Below, piece after piece: positions 40,901 to 52,000 of a stretch of DNA of 64,000 nucleotides; position 1 is the first letter of the stretch; every line of letters begins with the position of its first letter. The stretch is from NCBI GenBank assembly GCA_009914755.4, contig CP086569.2, positions 21,088,001 through 21,152,000 on the forward strand, in the 5' to 3' direction. The stretch is from the human T2T-CHM13v2.0 reference genome, Homo sapiens. The notes under the pieces are model-generated. The model did no database searches and was not told the origin of the DNA. It was given only the letters and a program-made list of their open reading frames with translations. Both the position numbers and the translations under genes were made by a program.

Positions 40901-42706
40901 TTCAAGAATGAAGCTGCAGACCTTACTGGTGAGTTTTACAGCACTTAAAGGTGTTATGTCCAGAGTTTGTTCCTTCACATGTGTCCAGAGTTTCTTCCTT
41001 CTGGCAGGTTCATGGTCTTGCTCACTTCAAGAATGAAGCTGCAGACCTTAGTGGTGAGCGTTACAGCAGTTAAGTTTTTATGTCCAGAGTTTGTTCCTTC
41101 AGATAAGTCCAGAGTCTCTTCCTTCTGGCAGATTCATGGTCTTGCTCACTTCAAGAATGAAGCTGCGGACCTTAGTGGTGAGCGTTACAGCACTTAAGTT
41201 TTTATGTCGAGAGTTTGTTCCTTCAGATAAGTCCAGAGTTTCTTCCTTCTGGCAGGTTCATGGTCTTGCTCACTTCAAGAATGAAGCTGCAGACCTTTAC
41301 GGTGAGTGTTACAGCACTTAAAGGTGCTATGTCCAGAGATTGTTCCTTCAGAAGTGTCCACAGTTTCTTCCTTCTGGCAGGTTCATGGTCTTGCTCACTT
41401 CAAGAATGACGCAGCAGACCTTTACGGTGAGTGTTACAGCATTTAAAGGTGTTATGTCCAGAGTTTGTTCCTTCAGATGTGTCCAGTTTCTTCCTTCTGG
41501 GAGGTTCATGGTCTTGCTCACTTCAATTATGAAACTGTAGAACTTTACGGTGAGTGTTACAGCAATGAAAGAGGCTAGGTCCAGAGTTTTTTCCTTCAGA
41601 TGTTTCCAGGGTTTCTTCCTTCTTTCAGGTTCATGGTCTTGCTCACTTCAAGAATGAAGCTGCAGACCTTTACGGTGAGTGTTACAGCATTTAAAGGTTT
41701 TATGTCCAGAGTTTGTTCCATCAGATGTGTCTAGAGTTCCTTACTTCTGGGAGGTTCATGGACTTGCTCATTTCAAGAATGAAGCTGCAGACCTTTACGG
41801 TGAGTGTTTTAGCACGTAAAGGTGTTATGTCCAGAGTTTGTTCCTTCAGATGTTTCCAGAGTTTCTTCTCTGGCAGGTTTATGGTCTTGCTCACTTCAAG
41901 AATGAAGCTGCAGAACTTTGTGGTGAGTTTTACAGCACTTAAAGGTGTTATGTCCAGAGTTTTTCCTTCAGATGTGTCCAGAATTTCTTCCTTCTGACAG
42001 TTCCATGGTGTTGCTAACTTCAAGAATGATGCTGCAGACCTTAGTGTTGAGTGTTATAGCACTTAAAGGTGTTATGTCCAGATTTTGTTCCATCAGATGT
42101 GTCTAGAGTTTCTTCCTTCTGGGAGGTTCATGGTCTTGCTCACTTCGAGAATGAAGCTGCATACTTTAGTGTTGAGTTTTACAGCACTTAAAGGTGTTAG
42201 GTCCAGAAGTTGTTCCTTCAGATGTGTCCAGAGTTTCTTACTTCTGGCAGGTTCATGGTCTTGCTCACTTCAAAAATGAAGCTGCAGACCTCAGTGGTGA
42301 GCGTTACACCACTTAAGTTGTCAAGTCCAGTGTTTCTTCCTTCAGATGTGTCCAGAGTTTCTTCCTTCGGGCAGGTTCATGGTCCTGCTCACTTCAAGAA
42401 TGAAGCTCCAGTCCTTTACGGTGAGTGTTACAGCACTTAAAGGTGTTATGTCCAGAGTTTGTTCCTTCAGATGTGTGCAGAGTTTCTTCCTTCTGGCAGG
42501 TTCATAGTCTTGCTCACTTCAAGAATGAAACTGCAGACCCTTACGATGAGTGTTACAGCACTTAAAGGTTTTATGTCCAGAGTTTGTTCCTTCAGATGTG
42601 TCCAGTTTGTTCCCTCTGGCAGGTTCATGGTCTTGCTTACTTCAAAATTGAAACTGTAGACCTTTACGTTTAGTGTTATAGCACTGAAAGATGTTATGTC
42701 CAGAGT

Positions 42707-45700
42707 TTGTTCCTTCATATGTGTCCAGAGTTTCTTCCATCTGGCAGGTTCATGTCCTTGCTCACTTCAAGAATGAAGCTGCAGAACTTAGTGGTGAGTT
42801 TTACAACACTTAAGGGTGTTATGTCCAGAGTTTGTTCCCTCAGATGTGTCCAGAGTTTCTTTCTTTTGGCAGGTTCATGGTCTTGCTCACTTTAGGAATG
42901 AAGCTGCAGACCTTTACCGTGAGTGTTACAGCACTTAACGGTATTATGTCCATAGTTTGTTCCTTCAGATGTGTCCCGAGTTTCTTCCTTCTGGCAGATT
43001 CATGGTCTTGGTAGCTTCAACAATGAAGCTGCAGACCTTTACGGTGAGTGTTACAGCACTTAATGTTGTTATGTCCAGAGTTTGTTCCTTCAGATGTGTC
43101 CAGAGTTTCTTCCTTCTGGCAGGTTCATGGTCTTCCTCACTTCAACAATGAAGCTGCAGACCTTAGTGGTGAGCGTTACAGCAATTAAGTTGTTATGTCC
43201 AGAGTTTTTTCCTTCAGATGTGTCCAGAGATTCTTCCTTCTGGCAGGTTCATGGTCTTGCTCACTTCAAGAATGGAACTGCAGACCCTTACGGTGAATTT
43301 TACAGCACTTAAAGTTGTTATGTCCAGAGTTTGTTCCTTCAGATGTGTCCATTTTCTTCCTTCTGGCTGGTTCATGGTCCTGCTCACTTCAAGTATGAAA
43401 TTGTAGACCTTTACGGTGAGTGTTACAGCACTGAAACATGTCATGTCCAGAGTTTGTTCCTTCAGATATGTCCAGAGTTTGTTCCTTCTGGCAGGTTCAT
43501 GGTCTTGCTCACTTCAAGAATGAAGCTGCGGACATTTAGGGTGAGTGTTACAGCACTTAAAGGTGTTATGTCCATAGTTTGTTCCTTCAGATGTGTCCAG
43601 TTTCTTTCTTCTGGCAGGTTCATGGTCTTGCTCACTTCAAGAATGAAGCTGCAGACCATACTGGTGAGTGTTACAGCACTTAAAGGTGTTATGTCCAGAG
43701 TTTTTTCCTACAGATGTCTCCAGAGTTTCTTCCTTCTGGCAGGTTCGTGGTCTTGTTCACTTCAAGAATGATGCTGCAGACCTTAGTGGTGAGTGTTACA
43801 GCACTAAAAGGTGTTATGTCCAGAGTTTGTTCCTGCAGAAATATCCAGAGTTTCTTCCTTCTGGCAGGTTTATGGTCTTGCTCACTTTAAGAATGAAGCT
43901 GCAGACCTTACTGGTGAGTGTTACAGCAGTTAAAGTTTTTATGTCCAGAGTTTGTTCCTTCAGATGTGTCCAGAGTTTCTTCCTTCTGGCAGGTTCATGG
44001 TCTTGCTCACTTCAAGAATGAAGCTGCAGACCTTAGTGGTGAGTGTTACAGCTCTTAAAGCTGTTATGTCCAGAGTTTTTTCATTCAGATGTCTCCAGAG
44101 TTTCTTCCTTCTGGCAGGTTCGTGGTCTTGCTCACTTCAAGAATGAAGCTGCAGACCTTACCGGTGAGGGTTACAGCACTTAAAGGTGTTATGTCCAGAG
44201 TTTGTTCCTTCAGATGTGTCCAGAGTTTCTTCCTTCTGACAGGTTCGTGGTCTTCCTCACTTCCTTAATGAAGCTGCAGACCATACTGGTGAGTGTTACA
44301 ACACTTAAAGCTGTTATGTCCAGAGATTGTTGCTTTAGATATGTCCAGAGTTTCTTCTTTCTGACAGTTTCATGGTCTTGCTCACTTCAAGTATGAAACT
44401 GCAGACCTTACTGGTGAGTGTTACAGCACTTAAAGGTGTTATTTCCAGAGTTTGTTCCTTCAGATATGTCCAGAGTTTCTTCCTTCTGGCAGGTTCATGG
44501 TCTTGCTCACTTCAAGAATGAAGCTGCAGACCTTTGCGGTGAGTGTTACAACACCTAAAGGTGTTATATCCAGAGATTGTTCCTTCAGATGTGTCCAGAG
44601 TTTCTTCCTTCTGTCCGGTTCACGGTCTTGCTCACTTCAAGAATGAAGCTGCAGACCTTACTGGTTAGTGTTACAGCACTTAAAGGTGTTATTTCCAGAG
44701 TTTGTTCCTTCAGATGTGTCCAGTTTCTTCCTTCTGGCAGGTTCATGGTCTTGCTCACTTCAAGAATAAAACTGTAGAACTTTACGGTTAGTGTTACAGC
44801 ACTGAAAGATGTTATGTCCAGAGTTTGTTCCTTCAGATGTGTCCAGAGTTTCTTCCATCTGGCAGGTTCATGTCCTTGCTCACTTCAAGAATGAAGCTGC
44901 AGAACTTAGTGGTGGGTTTTACAACACTTAAGGGTGTTATGTCCAGAGTTTGTTCCCTGAGATGTGTCCAGAGTTTCTTTCTTTTGGCAGGTTCATGGTC
45001 TTGCTCACTTTAGGATTGAAGCTGCAGACCTTTACCGTGAGTGTTACAGCACTTAACGGTATTATGTCCATAGTTTGTTCCTTCAGATGTGTCCCGAGTT
45101 TCTTCCTTCTGGCAGATTCATGGTCTTGGTAGCTTCAAGAATGAAGCTGCAGACCTTTACGGTGAGTGTTACAGCACTTAATGTTGTTATGTCCAGAGTT
45201 TGTTCCTTCAGATGTGTCCAGAGTTTCTTCCTTCTGGCAGGTTCATGGTCTTCCTCACTTCAACAATGAAGCTGCAGACCTTAGTGGTGAGCGTTACAGT
45301 AATTAAGTTGTTATGTCCAGAGTTTTTTCCTTCAGATGTGTCCAGAGCTTCTTCCTTCTGGCAGGTTCATGATCTTGCTCACTTCAAGAATGGAACTGCA
45401 GACCCTTACGGTGAGTTTTACAGCACTTAAAGTTGTTATGTCCAGAGTTTGTTCCTTCAGATGTGTCCATTTTCTTCCTTCTGGCTGGTTCATGGTCCTG
45501 CTCACTTCAAGAATGAAATTGTAGACCTTTACGGTGAGTGTTACATGACTGATACATGTCATGTCCAGAGTTTGTTCCTTCAGATATGTCCAGAGTTTCT
45601 TCCTTCTGGCAGGTTCATGGTCTTGCTCACTTCAAGAATGAAGCTGCGGACTTTAAGGGTGAGTGTTACAGCACTTAAAGGTGTTATGTCCAGAGTTTGT

Positions 45701-47298
45701 TCCTTCAGATGTGTCCAGAGTTTCTTTCTTCTGGCAGGTTCATGGTCTTGCTCACTTCAAGAATGACGCAGCAGACCTTTACGGTGAGTGTTACAGCATT
45801 TAAAGGTGTTATATCCAGAGTTTGTTCCTTCAGATGTGTGCAGAGTTTCTTCCTTCTGGCAGGTTCATGGTCTTGCTCACTTCAAGAATGAAGCTGCAGA
45901 TCTTTCTGGTGAGTTTTACAGCACTTAAAGGTGTTATGTCCAGAGTTTTTTCCTTCAGATGTGTCCAGAGTTTCTTCCTTCTGACAGGTCCATGGTGTTG
46001 CTAACTTCAAGAATGATGCTGCAGACCTTAGTGTTGAGTGTTACAGCACTTAAAGGTGTTATGTCCAGATTTTGTTCCATCAGATGTGTCTAGAGTTTCT
46101 TCCTTCTGGGAGGTTCATGGTCTTGCTCACTTCGAGAATGAAGCTGCATAATTTAGTGTTGAGTTTTACAGCACTTAAAGGTGTTAGGTCCAGAAGTTGT
46201 TCCTTCAGATGTGTCCAGAGGTTTTACTTCTGGCAGGTTCATGGTCTTGCTCACTTCAAGAATGAAGCTGCAGACCTTAGTGGTGAGCGTTACACCACTT
46301 AAGTTGTCATGTCCAGTGTTTCTTCCTTCAGATGTGTCCAGAGTTTCTTCCTTCTGGCAGGTTAATGGTCTTGCTCACTTCAAGAATGAAGCTCCAGTCC
46401 TTTACGGTGAGTGTTACAGCACTTAAAGGTGTTATGTCCAGAGTTTGTTTCTTCAGATGTGTGCAGAGTTTCTTCCTTCCGGCAGGTTCATAGTCTTCCT
46501 CACTTCAAGAATGACACTGCAGACCCTTACGATGAGTGTTACAGCACTTAAAGGTTTTATGTCCAGAGTTTGTTCCTTCAGATGTGTCCAGTTTGTTCCC
46601 TCTGGCAGGTTCATGGTCTTGCTTACTTCAAAATTGAAACTGTAGACCTTTACGGTTAGTGTTATAGCACTGAAAGATGTTATGTCCAGAGTTTGTTCCT
46701 TCAGATGTGTCCAGAGTTTCTTCCATCTGGCAGGTTCATGTCCTTGCTCACTTCAAGAATGAAGCTGCAGAACTTAGTGGTGAGTTTTACAGCACTTAAG
46801 GGTGTTATGTCCAGAATTTGTTCCCTCAGATGTGTCCAGAGTTTCTTTCTTTTGGCAGGTTCATGGTCTTGCTCACTTTAGGAATGAAGCTGCAGACCTT
46901 TACCGTGAGTGTTACAGCACTTAACGGTATTATGTCCATAGTTTGTTCCTTCAGATGTGTCCCGAGTTTCTTCCTTCTGGCAGATTCATTGTCTTGGTAG
47001 CTTCAAGAATGAAGCTACAGACCTTTACGGTGAGTGTTACAGCACTTAATGTTGTTATGTCCAGAGTTTGTTCCTTCAGATGTGTCCAGAGTTTCTTCCT
47101 TCTGGCAGGTTCATGGTCTTCCTCACTTCAACAATGAAGCTGCAGACCTTAGTGGTGAGCGTTACAGTAATTAAGTTGTTATGTCCAGGGTTTTTTCCTT
47201 CAGATGTGTCCAGAGTTTCTTCCTTCTGGCAGGTTCATGGTCTTGCTCACTTCAAGAATGGAACTGCAGACCATACTGGTGAGTGTTACAGCACTTAA
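42707..47298 (+). repeat. The ~1.07-kb block 42707-43771 is re-copied at 44825-45766 (offset 2118). A third copy at 46693-47298 (offset 1868) lacks about 3 monomers.
   Basis: ORF triplets 42707/44825/46693, 42832/44950/46818, 42957/45075/46943 and 43082/45200/47068 differ by 1-3 aa. 43218/45336 and 43331/45449 exist only in the first two copies. Confidence 0.8.
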
Positions 47299-49062
47299 AG
47301 GTGTTATGTCCAGAGTTTTTTCCTTCAGATATCTCCAGAGTTTCTTCCTTCTGGCAGGTTCGTGGTCTTGTTCATTTCAAGAATGGTGCTGCAGACCTTA
47401 GTGGTGAGTGTTACAGCAGTAAAAGGTGTTATGTCCAGAGTTTGTACCTGCAGAAATATCCAGAATTTCTTCCTTCTGGCAGGTTTATGGTCTTGCTCAC
47501 TTTAAGAATGAAGCTGCAGACCTTACTAGTGAGTGTTACAGCAGTTAAAGTTGTTATGTCCAGAGTTTGTTCCTTCAGATGTGTCCAGAGTTTCTTCCTT
47601 CTGGCAGGTTCATGGTCTTGCTCACTTCAAGAATGAAGCTGCAGACCTTAGTGGTGAGTGTTACAGCTCTTAAAGCTGTTATGTACAGAGTTTTTCCTTC
47701 AGATGTCTCCAGAGTTTCTTCCTTCTGGCAGGTTCGTGGTCTTGCTCACTTCAAGAATGAAGCTGCAGACCTTACCGGTGAGGGTTACAGCACTTAAAGG
47801 TGTTATGTCCAGAGTTTGTTCCTTCAGATGTGTCCAGAGTTTCTTCCTTCTGGCAGGTTCGTGGTCTTCCTCACTTCCTTAATGAAGCTGCAGACCATAC
47901 TGGTGAGTGTTACAACACTTAAAGCTATTATGTCCAGAGATTGTTGCTTTAGATATGTCCAGAGTTTCTTCCTTCTGACACTTTCATGGTCTTGCTCACT
48001 TCAAGAATGAAGCTGCAGACCTTACTGGTGAGTGTTACAGCACTTAAAGTTGTTATTTCCAGAGTTTCTTCCTTCAGATATGTCCAGAGTTTCTTCCTTC
48101 TGGCAGGTTCATGGTCTTGCTCACTTCAAGAATGAACCTGCAGACCTTTGCGGTGAGTGTTACAACACCTAAAGGTGTTATATCCAGAGATTGTTCCTTC
48201 AGATGTGTCCAGAGTTTCTTCCTTCTGTCAGGTTCACGGTCTTGCTCACTTCAAGAATGAAGCTGCAGACCTTACTGGTTAGTGTTACAGCACTTAAAGG
48301 TGTTATTTCCAGAGTTCGTTCCTTCAGATGTGTCCAGTTTCTTCCTTCTGGCAGGTTCATGGTTTGCTCACTTCAAGAATGAAACTGTAGAACTTTACGG
48401 TGAGTGTTACAGCAATGAAAGAGGCTATGTCCAGAGTTTTTTCCTTCAGATGTGTCCAGAGTTTCTTCCTTCTGGCAGGTACATGGTCTTGCTCACTTCA
48501 AGAATGAAGCTGCAGACCTTTACGGTGAGTGTTACAGCATTTAAAGGTTTTATGTCCAGAGTTTGTTCCATCAGATGAGTCTAGAGTTCCTTACTTCTGG
48601 GAGGTTCATGGACTTGCTCATTTCAAGAATGAAGCTGCAGACCTTTACGGTGAGTGTTATAGCACTTAAAGGTGTTATGTCCAGAGGTGGTTCCTTCAGA
48701 TGTTTCCAGAGTTTCTTCCTTCTGGCAGGTTCATGATCTTGCTCACTTCAAGAATGAAGCTGCAGAACTTTGTGGTGAGTTTTACAGCACTTAAAGGTGT
48801 TATGTCCAGAGTTTTTTCCTTCAGATGTGTCCAGAGTTTCTTCCTTCTGACAGGTCCATGGTGTTGCTAACTTCAAGAATGATGCTGCAGACTTTAGTGT
48901 TGAGTATTACAGCACTTAAAGGTGTTATGTCCAGATTTTGTTCCATCAGATGTGTCTAGAGTTTCTTCCTTCTGGAAGGTTCATGGTCTTGCTCACTTCG
49001 AGAATGAAGCTGCATACTTTAGTGGTGAGTTTCACAGCACTTAAAGGTGTTAGGTACAGAAG

Positions 49063-52000
49063 TTGTTCCTTCAGATGTGTCCAGAGTTTCTTCCTTCTGG
49101 CAGGTTCGTGGTCTTTCTCACTTCCTTAATGAAGCTGCAGACCATACTGGTGAGTGTTACAACACTTAAAGCTGTTATGTCCAGAGATTTTTGCTTTAGA
49201 TATGTCCAGAGTTTCTTCCTTCTGACAGTTTCATGGTCTTGCTCACTTCAAGAATGAAGCTGCAGACCTTACTGGTGAGTGTTACAGCACTTAAAGGTGT
49301 TATTTCCAGAGTTTGTTACTTCAGATATGTCCAGAGTTTCTTCCTTCTGGCAGGTTCATGGTCTTGCTCACTTCAAGAACGAAGCTGCAGACCTTTGCGG
49401 TGAGTGATACAACACCGAAAGGTGTTATATCCAGAGTTTGTTCCTTCAGATGTGTCCAGAGTTTCTTCCTTCTGTCAGGTTCACGGTCTTGCTCACTTCA
49501 AGAGTGAAGCTGCAGACCTTACTGGTTAGTGTTACAGCACTTAAAGGTGTTATTTCCAGAGTTTGTTCCTTCAGATGTGTCCAGAGTTTCTTCCTTCTGG
49601 CAGGTTCATGTTCTTGCTCCCTTCACGAATGAAGCTGCAGACCTTACTGTTGAGTGTTAAAGCACTGAACGGTGATATGTCCAGAATTTGTTCCTTCAGA
49701 TGTGTCCAGAGTTTCTTCCTTCTTGCAGATTCATGGTGTTGCTCACTTCAAGAATGAAGCTGCAGACCTTAGTGATGAGTGTTACAGCACTTTAAGGTGT
49801 TATGTCCAGAGTTTTTTCCTTCAGATGTGTCCAGCGTTTCTTCCTTCTGGCAGGTTCATCGTCTTGCTCACTTCAAGAATGAAGCTGCAGACCTTACTGT
49901 TGAGTGTTAAAGCACTTAAAGCTGTTATGTCCAGAGTTTGTTCCTTCAGATGTGTACAGAGTGTCTTGCTTCTGGCAGGTTCATGGTGTTGCTCACTTCC
50001 AGAATTAAGCTGCAGACCTTAGTGTTGAGTGTTACAGCACTTAATGCTGTTATGTCCAGAGTTTGTTCCTTCAGAAGTGTCCAGAGTTTCTTCCTTCTTG
50101 CAGGTTCGTGGTCTTGCTCAATTCCTTAATGAAGCTGCAGACCTTCCTGGTGAGTGTTACAGCACTTAAAGGTGTTATGTCCAGAGTTTTTTCCTTCAGA
50201 TGTCTCCAGAGTTTCTTCCTTCTGGCAGGTTCGTGGTCTTGTTCACTTCAAGAATGATGCTGCAGACCTTAGTGGTGAGTGTTACAGCACTAAAAGGTGT
50301 TATGTCCAGAGTTTGTTCCTGCAGAAATATCCAGAGTTTCTTCCTTCTGGCAGGTTTATGGTCTTGCTCAATTTAAGAATGAAGCTGCAGACCTTACTGG
50401 TGAGTGTTACAGCACTTTAAGGTGTTATGTCCAGAGTTTTTTCCTTCAGATGTGTCCAGAGTTTCTTCCTTCTGGCAGGTTCATGGTCTTGCTCACTTCA
50501 AGAATGAAGCTGCAGACCTTTGCGGTGAGTGTTGCAACTATTAAAGGTGTTATGTCCAGAGTTTGTTCCTTCAGATATGTCAAGAGTTTCTTCCTTCTGG
50601 CAGGTTCGTGGTCTTGCTCACTTCTTTAATGAAGCTGCAGACCTTACTGGTGAGTGTTATAGCACTTAAAGGTGTTATGTCCGGAGATTGTTCCTTCAGA
50701 TGTGTCCAGAGTTTCTTCCTTCTGGCAGGTTCCAGGATTGCTCACTTCAACAATGAAGCTTCAGACCTTACTGGTGAGTATTACGGCACTTAAATGTGTT
50801 ATGTCCGGAGTTTGTTCCTTCAGATGTGTCCAGAGTTTCTTCCTTCTGACAGGTTCCTGGCTTGCTCACTTCAAGAATGAAGCTGCAAACATTTGCGGTG
50901 AGTGTTGCAGCACTTAAAGTGTTATTTCCAGAGTTTGTTCCTTCAGATGTGTCCAGAGTTTCTTCCTTCTGGCAGGTACACGGTCTTGCGCACTTCAAGA
51001 ATGAAGCTGCAGACCTTACTGGTGAGTGTTACTGCACTTTAAGTTGTTATGTCCAGACTTTTTTCCTTCAGATCTGTCCAGAGTTTCTTCCTTCTGGCAG
51101 GTTCATGGTCTTGCTCACTTCAAGAATGAAGCTGCAGACCTTTGCGGTGAGTGTTGCAGCACTTAAAGGTGTTATGTCCAGAGTTTGTTCCTTCAGATGT
51201 GTCTAGAGTTTCTTCCTTCTGGCAGGTTCACGGTCTTGCTCACTTCACGAATGAAGCTGCAGACCTTACTGGTGAGTGTTACAGCACTTTAAAGTGTTAT
51301 GTCCAGAGTTTTTTCCTTCAGATTTGTCCACAGTTTCTTCCTACTGGCAGGTTCATGGTCTTGGTCACTTCAAGAATGAAGCTGCAGACCTTACTAGTGA
51401 GTGTTACAGCACTTAAAGGTGTTATTTCCATTGTTTGCTCCTTCAGATGTGTCCAGAGTTTCTGTCTTCTGGCAGGTTCATGGTCTTGCTCACTTCAAGA
51501 ATGAAGCTGCGGACCTTAGTGGTGAGTGTTACAGCACTTAAATGTGTTATACACACAGTTTTTTCCTTCAGATGTGTCCAGGGTTTCTGTCTTCTGGCAG
51601 GTCCATGGTCTTGCTCATTTAAAGAATGAAGCTGCAGACCTTAGTGGTGTGTGTTACAGCACTTAAATGTGTTATGTCCAGAATTTGTTCCTTCAGATAT
51701 GTCCAGAGTTTCTTCCTTCTTGCAGGTTCGTGGTCTTGCTGACTTCACTAATGAAGCTGCAGGCCTTACTGGTGAGTGTTACAACACTTAAAGGTGTCAT
51801 GTCCAGAGTTTGTTCCTTCAGATGTGTCCAGAGTTTCTTCCTTCTGGCAGTTTCGTGATCTTGCTCACTTCAAGAACGAAGCTGCAGACCTTAGTGGTGA
51901 ATGTTACAGCACTTAAAGGTGTTATGTCCAGAATTTTTTCCTTCAGATGTGTCCAGCGTTTCTTCCTTCTGGCAGGATTATGGTCTTGCACACTTCAAGA

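Larger units (their letters stand above)
15300..42000 (+). repeat. Domain II: more diverged satellite of the same family. HOR copies of variable length (about 2.9, 3.9, 2.5, 4.1 kb) are ~96-99% identical to each other, with many indels and local amplifications.
   Basis: Anchor monomers recur at 15636/18505/22374/24869 (MCYVHSLFLQMCAEFLP), 17010/21129/23606/25620 (...AELSGEFYTLK...) and 16883/21002/25493. Confidence 0.75.

Noticed and set aside
41860-48370. Small in-monomer deletions as possible boundaries of an inserted element. Examples: 3 bp lost at ~41865 (tttcttctctggcagg), 2 bp lost at ~48361 (ggttcatggtttgctc), 1 bp lost at ~1818 (cttaaagtgttatg).
   Set aside because: These are isolated 1-3 bp indels inside otherwise normal monomers. 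They have no flanking target-site duplication or foreign sequence, and are ordinary satellite polymorphism.
20655-50998. Scattered minus-strand ORFs of 65-100 aa, for example 22879-23130, 41721-42023 and 50768-50998.
   Set aside because: These arise by chance in monomer variants that lose minus-strand stop codons. They recur only where the same monomer variant recurs, with no gene context. The + over - ORF excess just reflects T-rich strand composition.
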